Source: a virus (Duplodnaviria; Caudoviricetes). Taken from it: a DNA stretch of 54,554 nt. Location of the stretch: positions 1 through 54,554 of the IMG/VR virus record IMGVR_UViG_3300033998_000134. One strand, 5' to 3'. Positions 18,022-26,428 of this stretch are shown piece by piece. A program made the translations under genes and the position numbers. Within the stretch, counting starts at the first letter, position 1. The number at the start of each line of letters is the position of its first letter. The notes beneath the pieces were generated by a model that saw only the letters and a program-made list of their open reading frames with translations, made no database searches and was not told the origin of the DNA.

Positions 18022-18417
18022 TTATTTTATAATTTCGTTAAACTTTGTGTTTTCAACTCTATATATGGCATTTTGTGTTTTCAATGCATTCTTTAGATTA
18101 TCTGCGGTATTTGTTTCAAACAAAACGATTTTTCCGGTTCTTACGGCAACATCGTATTCAATTCCGGCCCCAACAGAATCAACCCAGTCGCCGAGCATGT
18201 AAATTGCTTCACACGGCAACAGTAGTTCGATATCCCTGACAATATGTTGCTGCCATGTGTGAGATTGGCTCAATCCGTTTTTTAAAGGACTTACAACCTC
18301 AAACCCAAACCCTTCAAGGAAATTCTGGGCCGATTGAAATTTGTGTTCGACTTCCCGGAATGGGAGGCCTGTTATTTTTCCGCTAATGTATATCCTCATA
18401 ATTACTATCAATTTCAA
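18022..18417 (-). CDS. DUF4406-like (nucleoside deoxyribosyltransferase-fold) protein
   Basis: IYISGKITG...CEAIYMLGDWVDSVGAGIE signature. Confidence 0.8.
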   Translation of the reverse strand: MKLIVIMRIYISGKITGLPFREVEHKFQSAQNFLEGFGFEVVSPLKNGLSQSHTWQQHIVRDIELLLPCEAIYMLGDWVDSVGAGIEYDVAVRTGKIVLFETNTADNLKNALKTQNAIYRVENTKFNEIIK

Positions 18418-18449
18418 GTTATCAATATTTGTGTGTGCTGTTTTCTATG

Positions 18450-18671
18450 TCAATTTTTACAAAATATATCGTGCAAATTTTTCCTGCCGGAATCTCTTCG
18501 CAAGCAAAGCGTGCGTATATTTTCCATCAGCGATTCTTTTTCAGCCATCAATCGATTTATCCTTTTGTTTAATTTTTGGATTTCGATTTTTTGCCTTGTG
18601 TTTTGAACAACAAGCAATATCGTTGGCAAAAAGAATAGACTGATAAGCAAAACTGTTATAAAAGTTTCCAT
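18450..18671 (-). CDS. Small membrane protein
   Basis: N-terminal hydrophobic helix followed by coiled coil. Confidence 0.55.
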   Translation of the reverse strand: METFITVLLISLFFLPTILLVVQNTRQKIEIQKLNKRINRLMAEKESLMENIRTLCLRRDSGRKNLHDIFCKN

Positions 18672-18707
18672 AATTGTTTTTTTAAAAGTTTTTAATGCTG
18701 TCGTAAT

Positions 18708-19412
18708 CTAAATTTTACGCCTATCTGTCCCCCTTATTTCAAAGTAATTACACATTTCGTGTAGTCTGCTCGAAACCCTGTCCCCGTACCGGTCAATTAA
18801 TGTTTTATGATTCATTGGCAAATTGGACGTTATCAATGTGATCTGGTCGGTTCTATCGCCTCTATATTCGAGTATCTGCCTCATAACGTTAATCCGATTA
18901 CCCATATACATCGATTCCGGCGGCTCCGATCCCAAATCCTGAAACCCTACGATCGGAGCTTTTTTAAACCAATCAAATGTTCCCTTTTCCGTGTATTCGT
19001 CACAGATGACATCCGTTCTGAAATTCCTCCAATAAAGGCATCTTTGCGTGTCTCCAGTTACAATCTGTACGTTGTCTATGGTTGAATAGGCTGCCATTAT
19101 ATCCAATAACCAAGACTTTCCTGTTCCTGTATTCCCAGCGATATATATCCCTGCATGCAGCCGGCCTTGAATCGGTTTTCGGCTTTCCGGATCAATACAC
19201 TGAAACGTATTGTCTCCGTGAACCCATTTGATCATGTTTTCGTATGCAAACCTGTTTTGATCGTCGATCACAAACTTTCCTGATCTTTCCTTACCGATTG
19301 CCGTAACAATTTCCAGCGCAGCATTCATATCATACGGCACATAAGAAAACCGTTTTATCGTTTGAAAAAACCCGCGTTCCCTTATCTTTCCAATAATTGA
19401 GCTTATCTCCAT
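18708..19412 (-). CDS. DnaC/IstB-like AAA+ ATPase (helicase loader)
   Basis: Walker A GNTGTGKS, QDLGSE, ITSNL and RYGDRVSSRLHEMCN...GTDRR; follows the initiator gene. Confidence 0.85.
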   Translation of the reverse strand: MEISSIIGKIRERGFFQTIKRFSYVPYDMNAALEIVTAIGKERSGKFVIDDQNRFAYENMIKWVHGDNTFQCIDPESRKPIQGRLHAGIYIAGNTGTGKSWLLDIMAAYSTIDNVQIVTGDTQRCLYWRNFRTDVICDEYTEKGTFDWFKKAPIVGFQDLGSEPPESMYMGNRINVMRQILEYRGDRTDQITLITSNLPMNHKTLIDRYGDRVSSRLHEMCNYFEIRGTDRRKI

Positions 19413-20188
19413 ATGTCGTTTACATTATTGGTTGGTTGTGTCTGTTTTTTAAATTCTCTGTTTCGCTTCTCCCACGTCACGACCGCCGCCCTCCAATCCT
19501 TCATCTTGTTTTTTCCTACAAACCAGTTTTTGGATTGATAAAAAGCAACGAACGATTCCGGATCAACCGAATAGTTTTTTTCGGAAACAAATTTTTTTAC
19601 TTCATCAATAGAGGGAGGGAGAAAGCGCTTTGCGATTTCTTTTCTTTTTTCTTTTTCTTTATTATTTACTTTATTTTCTTTTACTTTCTTTTGTGTAGTT
19701 TCTGTATCCTTTTGTGTAGTTTCTTCCGCCTTAAACGTCGTTTTTGTGTAGTTTCTTCCGCCGGAAACATGGGTTTCTTCCGCCGGAAACTCTTTTTTAT
19801 CTTTTACATCAAGTAGCCAAAATTGTAACTCATCATAATTAATAACCCTTTTTCTCGTTGCCTCCATCCACCTTTTTTGTATTCCTAAACTTGTTAATAT
19901 CCCAAGCGAGCAAAACATTGTTTCGTCAAAGAAACCCCATCGTGCCAACCCTGATATAACATCTCCTACGAGTGCGTGAGACGTGTTTGTTTGTTTTGCA
20001 ATTTTGAATTTAAAACTTTCCGAACACTCTATGAAATAACCATTCCGGTATATCGCACAGAGTACCCGTATCAAAATTATCTCACCTTTTATTCCAAACT
20101 CACTCGATATAGGAATAACCTTTTCGTCGTCGAAAATATCGACATCAAGAGGAAAGTATTCTAAACCTATTTTGACTGGTCGTGCCAT
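19403..20188 (-). CDS. Phage replication initiator (DUF4373/Lin1244-like)
   Basis: MARPVKIGLEYFPLDVD N-terminus, LTSLGIQKRW, and C-terminal PPSIDEV...FYQSKNW..GKNKMKDWRAA. Confidence 0.8.
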   Translation of the reverse strand: MARPVKIGLEYFPLDVDIFDDEKVIPISSEFGIKGEIILIRVLCAIYRNGYFIECSESFKFKIAKQTNTSHALVGDVISGLARWGFFDETMFCSLGILTSLGIQKRWMEATRKRVINYDELQFWLLDVKDKKEFPAEETHVSGGRNYTKTTFKAEETTQKDTETTQKKVKENKVNNKEKEKRKEIAKRFLPPSIDEVKKFVSEKNYSVDPESFVAFYQSKNWFVGKNKMKDWRAAVVTWEKRNREFKKQTQPTNNVNDIWR

Positions 20189-20194
20189 TTTATT

Positions 20195-20365
20195 TTATTT
20201 GCTTGTAGGTTGTTTTACCTCGTCCCATTCACTTTCGGTGATCACGTATCCGCACTTTTTGCAGATGTGCATGTAGGTATAAAACGGAAAAGTCTTTCTA
20301 ACTCTCGCGTTTTGTGTGTTACGGCATTGTGGACATCTTATCCCCGCATATCTTCCTGTTTTCAT
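20195..20365 (-). CDS. Small Zn-ribbon protein
   Basis: CPQC...HICKKC; likely start MKTGRY at 20365. Confidence 0.6.
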   Translation of the reverse strand: MKTGRYAGIRCPQCRNTQNARVRKTFPFYTYMHICKKCGYVITESEWDEVKQPTSK

Positions 20366-20379
20366 TTTTTTATCTTTTA

Positions 20380-20625
20380 TTATTCGCTCCATAAACCTTG
20401 TATATGCCCGCAATTATCACACTTAAATCCGCCAACCCAACATTCACCGCTTTCAACTTTGGCCTTTTCTTTTACGTCATTGTTGTATGGCTCATCATCC
20501 GGATCATAACAAAAAATGCCCGTGATTAAAGCTGTTCTACAACCACACTTTTCGCATTTTTGAGAATCATAGCCTTTACTACCATCATACAAATAATCAT
20601 TGTCTTTATCTTTAATTGTTTTCAT
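20380..20625 (-). CDS. Small Zn-ribbon protein
   Basis: CEKC...CDNC motifs. Confidence 0.6.
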   Translation of the reverse strand: MKTIKDKDNDYLYDGSKGYDSQKCEKCGCRTALITGIFCYDPDDEPYNNDVKEKAKVESGECWVGGFKCDNCGHIQGLWSE

Positions 20626-20880
20626 ATTAGTAAGTTTTAAAAAATTATTTTTTATTTTATCAACGAAATCTTTCCGTTATTTTTAAGAATAAACCTCTTT
20701 TCTCCAGGCACATAACAATATCCTCGATATTTACAACATCCTTTTATCCCATTTCGCGGCTCATAATCTTCACATAACCTGCCACAAATCGTTTCTTCTT
20801 TCGTACCAACCTCTCCGGAAGCTTTACAAAAGAAGCAGTCCGCATCCAACTCTCTTATTGCTTCCGAAATATATATTTCG

Positions 20881-21495
20881 TTATCAGCAACCTTATGAAG
20901 CCGACAACTCAACACCTGTAAGGGCATAATAAAGATTTTGAAACTGATGAACAAATTGCAAGTTTGCATCATCATATAATAGATTTGTGCAATTCCCAAA
21001 AACAATAAGACCAAATGATATATAACCGTGATCAAAACAAATATAATAATTGCTATTACCTCTGTCTTTTGGTTCGTAATAAATTTGGTCGCCATAATCA
21101 TCGGTTTTAACAAAACCCAATTTTTCTAACCATTCTCCAGATAATTCTATCGGATTGGCATAATCTGAATACTCTGTCATTGCATGGACTTCTTGTCCTT
21201 CAACAAACATTTTTTGACCGAATTTTGTATCAAAGCCATTTTCAACGTATTCAATAAAATCGACACGTAAAATTTTACCACCCCTGTCTTTTAGGTAGTT
21301 GCCAATTCTAATTTCTTTTCCTTGTATCATTGTTTATAATTTAATAATTCGACTGAAAGAAAGGCTGCTGATAACATTGTATATAAAAAATGCGGGTTTT
21401 CGTGTTTGCATTTCGACTTGTTTTTTTAAACAAGTGCTTCTCCACTTCGGAAACCTCCGTTTCTTTACTCCCGCACTTCTTATATACAAGTACCG
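20881..21495 (+). mobile_element. Integron-cassette-like insertion carrying one ORF and an attC-like site
   Basis: GTT at both junctions (20880-20882 and 21495-21497). The left end GTTATCAGCAACCTT is 14/15 complementary to AAGGCTGCTGATAAC (21361-21375). Confidence 0.75.
20893..21330 (-). CDS. Cassette cargo: hypothetical protein of a Bacteroidetes-phage type
   Basis: 145 aa with EIRIGNY...PIELSGEWLEKLGF...VHQFQNLYYALTGVEL pattern; fills the cassette. Confidence 0.75.
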   Translation of the reverse strand: MIQGKEIRIGNYLKDRGGKILRVDFIEYVENGFDTKFGQKMFVEGQEVHAMTEYSDYANPIELSGEWLEKLGFVKTDDYGDQIYYEPKDRGNSNYYICFDHGYISFGLIVFGNCTNLLYDDANLQFVHQFQNLYYALTGVELSAS

Positions 21496-21497
21496 TT
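21361..21497 (+). repeat. attC-like imperfect inverted repeat
   Basis: GATAAC-ATT-GTATATAAAAAATGCGGG ... CCCGCACTTCTTATATAC-AAGTACC-GTT, with an inner CTTGTTT/AAACAAG hairpin. Confidence 0.7.
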
Positions 21498-21589
21498 CAA
21501 TCCTCGCTCTTTCATCTCGGAAATCAAATACGTTTTTGGATATGCCATCTCTGCATTTATTTCGTTACTGAAGTATAATTTTTCTTTTT

Positions 21590-21694
21590 TCATGACTTAA
21601 ATCTGTTTTTGCCGTGATTATTCCATCCGGCAACGATCATAAGAATAGACCATATAAACAAAAGAATTAAGACTACAATTTCAGCTGGTTTCAT
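21590..21694 (-). CDS. Small membrane peptide (34 aa)
   Basis: MKPAEIVVLILLFIWSILMIVAGWNNHGKNRFKS; ATGA overlaps with both neighbours. Confidence 0.55.
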   Translation of the reverse strand: MKPAEIVVLILLFIWSILMIVAGWNNHGKNRFKS

Positions 21695-22281
21695 CCTTGT
21701 ATTTTGTTTAGATAATTTTCTAAGTCATCGATTTTCTCCTTAAGCGCACGAATAACCCTCGCTGCTGCAAAATCGTTTATCCATTTAGGATCATCTAAAA
21801 ATGTTAAGATAGTCGCTTCGTCTCTGTTCATATCGTAAAGCATTTCATCTACTGAAGCCTCTATGAAGTCTGTTAATTTAACAGATATAAGTTCTCCGTA
21901 ACTATCAATTACAATGTTTCCTTTTTCATATTCTTTGATTACTTTTTCTTTAATGCTGTCCATCTTACTATGAATTTTCCCAATAGCATCCTCATATCCT
22001 TTTCGATAACCTTTTTCCAATAATTCTTCTATAGAGCTATCACCGAACCCACACTTTTCCCAATCGTATTCTGCAACTTCTGTTTTTATCCACTCTTCCT
22101 TTTCTTTAGTGTCTATATTTAGATATGTTTGAGCGGACTGTTGTGCTCGAATGTTTTTCAACTCACAAACAACCAAATCAATAGCCATACCTATGGAAGT
22201 AGGTGTCTGCATTTCTATATCGGCGCCCTTTCGCCATTTGTTGTGCTGTTCAAGCACATTTATTGCCTCATCTATCGTCAT
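21691..22281 (-). CDS. Hypothetical protein
   Basis: Likely start MTIDEAINVLEQHNKWRKG; acidic, possibly two fused modules. Confidence 0.6.
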   Translation of the reverse strand: MTIDEAINVLEQHNKWRKGADIEMQTPTSIGMAIDLVVCELKNIRAQQSAQTYLNIDTKEKEEWIKTEVAEYDWEKCGFGDSSIEELLEKGYRKGYEDAIGKIHSKMDSIKEKVIKEYEKGNIVIDSYGELISVKLTDFIEASVDEMLYDMNRDEATILTFLDDPKWINDFAAARVIRALKEKIDDLENYLNKIQG

Positions 22282-22286
22282 ATACT

Positions 22287-22436
22287 TTATTTTTTTAATT
22301 TCATTATTGTAATCGAAAAACATAGCCAAGAAAATTCTGTGCTTCTTTCAAACACATCGATTTCGATGGTTGGCACAACAAACCAACTGAAGTCGGGATG
22401 AAATTCTGCTATTACTTCAAACCTTGATATTTTCAT
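22287..22436 (-). CDS. Small hypothetical protein (49 aa)
   Basis: MKISRFEVIAEFHPDFSWFVVPTIEI...KLKK*; fills the gap directly after the MTase stop. Confidence 0.45.
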   Translation of the reverse strand: MKISRFEVIAEFHPDFSWFVVPTIEIDVFERSTEFSWLCFSITIMKLKK

Positions 22437-22437
22437 A

Positions 22438-24375
22438 CTAAAAAAATGTTTTTTGCAGTAAATATGGTTCGATGTTTTTATTTGCGATATTGCAATATTC
22501 CTTGCTCATCTCGCTTCCGATAAATTTCCTATTAGAACGAATTGCGCATATAGCCGTAGTACCAATCCCCATGAATGGGTCGTATATCACACCTCCCTCA
22601 GGGCATCCTGCCAAAATGGGTATTTTAATCAAGTCTTCATTATAAGCCGCATAATGATTTGCGCTGGTTCCTTTGGTGGGTATATCCCAGAAGTCTGACA
22701 CATCACCCGGATTCGGCCCTTTTGTTTTGCTTAATTCTTCATTAAGTCGGTCATATCCTTTGTATTCTCTTTCCTTGCTTAGGTTATTGATTGACGAAGT
22801 AGAATATTCACCAGTGCTATACTTGTTATTATTACTGCCTCTCAATTTTCTTTTCACGCTTCCAATATTCACATTATTCCGTATTATATCCAGATCGAAA
22901 TAATACTTTTCTTTTTTTACCATGAAGAAAAAATATTCATGCTTCTTGCTAAACCGATCAGTCACAGATTCAGGCATGGCGTTACAATTATGGGTTAATA
23001 TGCCACTTGCTAATGCAAATAAATGTGACTCATCTTCAATTTCAATATCCCAAAATTTACGCCCATTACTCTTATTAATGGCAATAATTTCATTGTTGAA
23101 TTTATTATTAAGGTGTTTTGTTTTTTCAAACCTTATTTCTCCTCTATATCCATTAAATGATTTATCTCCATTTTTAAATATGCTTCTCTTAATACGAATA
23201 GATGTGTTTAATCTTGCGCAAATTGTTCTCAAATCATCAACAAAATATTTATTATCTGTAAATCCTAAACGATATCTATTATTTTTTTCATCATAATTTG
23301 CATCACCATCTAAATAAGATTTTAATACAATTTCTATGAATTTATTATCTCTTTGCCAGAATGATGTGGAAAAATGTTTACCTTTTGCTGTGTTACCAAC
23401 AATAAATTCATCAATTATGGCATTTAATATCTTACCACTCATATTGATAGTCATAGTATTACCTTTTAGATAATAATTATTACATTTGCCATTAAATAGT
23501 TTTGCAATTTTATTACAATTATCCAATCTTTCTTTTTCCTTACAATGAGAAGCTATTTGTATTATATTTCCACTACGACTACCCTCTGCCATATATAATC
23601 CAATAAACCATGGCACCAAATAATTATCTAAAATATCTTCTTCTCTATTGTTATCTGGCAATATTGTTGATTTTAAAATATCGCCAACTTTTAATTCACC
23701 GGCTCTCTTAAACCCATTTTGTGTCGGGAATATATGTTCTTGAGTACATGGAATTTTTTCTCCGCTTCTTAATACTATTTCTAATGGATTTTTAAAGTTT
23801 TTATTTTCATAAAAACATTTTACTTTGCTCCATTTTTCACCAGTCCATAATTCAACGTTTTTTAATCTTGCAAGGTCTTTAATAGTTTGAGGGAAAGTGC
23901 CCTTACTTGTTTTGGCGTATAATTTAAGTCCACCACCCAAACACTTAGCCCAGATGATATCATTTCTTACAATCCATCCTCTATCTTCGCACCCTATTGC
24001 AAAGCGATGCGGGATGAGAAGAAGGCATTTACCCGGCATTGATTTGCCTTTTACGAGGTTTCCACTTGTAATTCTGTGTGTTCCTCGAGAGATACCGAGA
24101 TTTGATCCGCTTTGCGTTGAGTAGGTATCCCCCAGATTTACCCATACAGTGCCGCTATCTTTTAACTTAGGATATATGGCATCCATAAGCGACCAAAGAT
24201 GCTCCAAATACTCCTGAAATGTAGGCTCTAACCCCCATTGTCCTTCGTATCCATAATCTCTCAATTGCCAATAAGGAGGGCTTGTTATTACGCAATCGAC
24301 ATAGTTGTCCGGTATTCGTGACAGCGTATCCAAGCAGGGCTCATTGTAAATCCTATTTTCTTCTATTGTTTTCAT
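22438..24375 (-). CDS. N4/N6 DNA methyltransferase (beta class) interrupted by an intein
   Basis: VITSPPYW catalytic motif, DPFMGIGTT SAM-binding motif and WIVRNDIIWAK; start MKTIEEN overlaps the resolvase stop (ATGA). Confidence 0.9.
   Translation of the reverse strand: MKTIEENRIYNEPCLDTLSRIPDNYVDCVITSPPYWQLRDYGYEGQWGLEPTFQEYLEHLWSLMDAIYPKLKDSGTVWVNLGDTYSTQSGSNLGISRGTHRITSGNLVKGKSMPGKCLLLIPHRFAIGCEDRGWIVRNDIIWAKCLGGGLKLYAKTSKGTFPQTIKDLARLKNVELWTGEKWSKVKCFYENKNFKNPLEIVLRSGEKIPCTQEHIFPTQNGFKRAGELKVGDILKSTILPDNNREEDILDNYLVPWFIGLYMAEGSRSGNIIQIASHCKEKERLDNCNKIAKLFNGKCNNYYLKGNTMTINMSGKILNAIIDEFIVGNTAKGKHFSTSFWQRDNKFIEIVLKSYLDGDANYDEKNNRYRLGFTDNKYFVDDLRTICARLNTSIRIKRSIFKNGDKSFNGYRGEIRFEKTKHLNNKFNNEIIAINKSNGRKFWDIEIEDESHLFALASGILTHNCNAMPESVTDRFSKKHEYFFFMVKKEKYYFDLDIIRNNVNIGSVKRKLRGSNNNKYSTGEYSTSSINNLSKEREYKGYDRLNEELSKTKGPNPGDVSDFWDIPTKGTSANHYAAYNEDLIKIPILAGCPEGGVIYDPFMGIGTTAICAIRSNRKFIGSEMSKEYCNIANKNIEPYLLQKTFF
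22987..23943 (-). mobile_element. Intein (319 aa) with LAGLIDADG homing endonuclease
   Basis: Starts CLGGG, block B CTQEHIF, LAGLIDADG-like FIGLYMAEGS and LKSYLDGDAN, ends ILTHN followed by a +1 Cys; visibly more AT-rich than the flanks. Confidence 0.92.
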
Positions 24376-24863
24376 ACTTTTACCTTGATTTTTAATTTTG
24401 CGTGAATAGCCACCAGCAGGACTGCATCTCTCACATCCTGATTGCACCGCTTGATCGGCGCCAGTCCGTTGTATTGAAGTATATAGTTCAGCTCTTCGTG
24501 CGTGATCTTCCCGTCGCGTCCTTTCCACCCCTTATTGAAAGGTTTCTGCTCTATAACCTCAAGCCCGTAATGCTTTGCCATCTCAACGATATGCCGCCCT
24601 GTTTGGTGGTTGCTGCCTACATTCTTTGCGATCTTCTGCGCTCTTACTCCCTTTGGGTCGTGATAGTTGCTCTTCTCGTTCAGCCATCCCGCCTCTACTA
24701 CTACCAGAACGTCGCCCGGGAGTGTTGCAAGCAAATACAGTTTCTCGAGTAGTTGGGGAAACGGAAGTGCTTCTGCCGAAAGTTCATGGTCTCGGTATAT
24801 ACATATACCGCTCTTTCCCGTGTCCGGATCGATACCGACAATGATTTTATTTGGTTTATCCAT
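24372..24863 (-). CDS. RuvC-like Holliday junction resolvase
   Basis: IVGIDPDTGKSG, VVVEAGW and NQDVRDA acidic motifs. Confidence 0.75.
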   Translation of the reverse strand: MDKPNKIIVGIDPDTGKSGICIYRDHELSAEALPFPQLLEKLYLLATLPGDVLVVVEAGWLNEKSNYHDPKGVRAQKIAKNVGSNHQTGRHIVEMAKHYGLEVIEQKPFNKGWKGRDGKITHEELNYILQYNGLAPIKRCNQDVRDAVLLVAIHAKLKIKVKV

Positions 24864-24893
24864 CTGTAATTTTGTTTTTCCCGTTCGGGTAGA

Positions 24894-25103
24894 TTAATGC
24901 TGATTGATAAAAATGCTTACGCTGTTAATTGTTTGTTTGAAGGATATTTTCCCCTCATTTTTGAGCCTTTTAAGCTCGTCTCTCAATTCCTGTTCCGGCA
25001 TGTCGCATAAACCCACAACATCCTCAAGCATCGCACAATGCGGAATCCTGCGTTCTTTTTTCTTCTCTTCGATCAGGTATCTTATTGCCTCCTCAACTGT
25101 CAT
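24894..25103 (-). CDS. Small winged-helix-like protein
   Basis: 69 aa ending ELKRLKNEGKISFKQTIN. Confidence 0.55.
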   Translation of the reverse strand: MTVEEAIRYLIEEKKKERRIPHCAMLEDVVGLCDMPEQELRDELKRLKNEGKISFKQTINSVSIFINQH

Positions 25104-25130
25104 ATTTTATCTTTGTTAATTGTTTATCTA

Positions 25131-25523
25131 TCAATAGCCGGTATTATTCGATCTCAACTGCTCCTTCTCATAACTCAAAATAGACCTTAATACGTCTTGT
25201 TGATGACTGCACGTCGCATTCACTCGCTCAAGCCAGTCAACGAGATATGCCTCGTCCTGCGCCGCGCTTTCAACAAGCGCATTCTGCGCCTTTGCCGACA
25301 AGTAGTTTTCTTTTGCAATAGCTACAATTATTTCCGATATTTCGTTTGCGCGTTTCTGTCTGTACATCTTTTTAGCCTCTGCAAGCATATATCCAGATCT
25401 GGCCTGATACACGTTGATCCTTTTCAGCCGCTCCAAAACTTCTTCCGGATTATCGGAACACTCTATTTCGAGATAGCTCTGCATTTCGCTCACCTCTTTC
25501 TCTATTTTTTCGTACCTGGTCAT
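25131..25523 (-). CDS. Hypothetical coiled-coil protein of the recombination module
   Basis: 130 aa, helical, ending LRSILSYEKEQ. Confidence 0.65.
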   Translation of the reverse strand: MTRYEKIEKEVSEMQSYLEIECSDNPEEVLERLKRINVYQARSGYMLAEAKKMYRQKRANEISEIIVAIAKENYLSAKAQNALVESAAQDEAYLVDWLERVNATCSHQQDVLRSILSYEKEQLRSNNTGY

Positions 25524-25524
25524 G

Positions 25525-26253
25525 TTAATACGGGTTATTGGTTAGTTCAACTTTCATTCCCGGATCGGCTATCAATATGTTTTTGCCTGTTGCTTTTTCG
25601 AGTGTATCTATAAACTCTTTTCGGTCCGAATTGAACCTGCTCAAATGAAGCAGAATGATGTTATACATATTGATAAGATCGTGCGACAATATAAACTTTG
25701 AAGCTGTGCTCAATTCCATGTGCGTAGTCATAAGTCTGTTTCGCATCGACGGATGTGTATTGCCGTTAGCAATCGATTCTTCAAGTGCAGCATCGGAATA
25801 ATTACATTCTATCATCAAGTGATTTACCTCTTTAAACTTGTTTTCGGTCATGAAACTGTCGGTCAGAAAAAGCAAATAGCCCATGTCCGGATGGTGGATA
25901 TAGTAGCCCAACGTCGGCACGTCGTGAAAAGCATTAAATGGCAGGACCTTGAAATTACCTGCCCTGATTCCTTTTCCCGCAGTTGCCTCTATTGTCTGAC
26001 TTAGCTTCTTTGTTTCGATGACATGCCTGTTTGCATATACCGGGAACGTTCTCTCATATAACGATATGTACTTGCTATGATCGCCGTGTACATGAGTCAC
26101 AAAACACCCTTTCACCTTTTTCGTGTTGAACGAAAGCGCTTCTTTGACTTTCGACGGATGAACACCTGCTTCCAAGATGATGGCTTCATCCACGGACTGA
26201 AGTACATATCCGTTGCCTGATGATGAGGATCCTATAACAGTTAATTCGATCAT
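25525..26253 (-). CDS. MBL-fold metallo-hydrolase (putative exonuclease partner of RecT)
   Basis: GSSSSGNGY, THVHGDHS, HD, IECNY and LLHLS motifs. Confidence 0.88.
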   Translation of the reverse strand: MIELTVIGSSSSGNGYVLQSVDEAIILEAGVHPSKVKEALSFNTKKVKGCFVTHVHGDHSKYISLYERTFPVYANRHVIETKKLSQTIEATAGKGIRAGNFKVLPFNAFHDVPTLGYYIHHPDMGYLLFLTDSFMTENKFKEVNHLMIECNYSDAALEESIANGNTHPSMRNRLMTTHMELSTASKFILSHDLINMYNIILLHLSRFNSDRKEFIDTLEKATGKNILIADPGMKVELTNNPY

Positions 26254-26305
26254 AATTCTAAATTATAATGTCGGGTATTTTAAATCTGCAATCTCTCCTA
26301 AATTG

Positions 26306-26400
26306 CTGGGGGAATAGGAATCGAACCTATTACAAACTCTCCCTAAGTATTACTTATCGAGCAACACGTCTGCTGCTATTGCGTACAACCTGTACCCCCA
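26306..26400 (-). ncRNA. tRNA-like structured RNA lacking a canonical anticodon arm
   Basis: Acceptor-like TGGGGG/CCCCCA, perfect T arm ATAGG-TTCGATT-CCTAT and three short internal hairpins. Confidence 0.6.
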
Positions 26401-26428
26401 TATAACCTTTGTTTCAATAATAATCAGA

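Larger units (their letters stand above)
20652..21593 (-). pseudogene. Cys-rich phage gene (108 aa when rejoined) interrupted by a 615-bp cassette
   Basis: Joining 21593-21496 to 20880-20652 gives 327 nt with no internal stop: MKKEKLYFSNE...ERGLN|EIYISEAIRELDADCFFCK...YEPRNGIKGCCK...SLIK*. Confidence 0.8.

Noticed and set aside
20652-21113. 153-aa ORF as called in the track
   Set aside because: Its first half overlaps the cassette cargo gene in another frame; the true 5' end appears to lie at 21593-21496.
26306-26400. Functional decoding tRNA
   Set aside because: No D arm or 7-nt anticodon loop can be folded; kept as a tRNA-like RNA.
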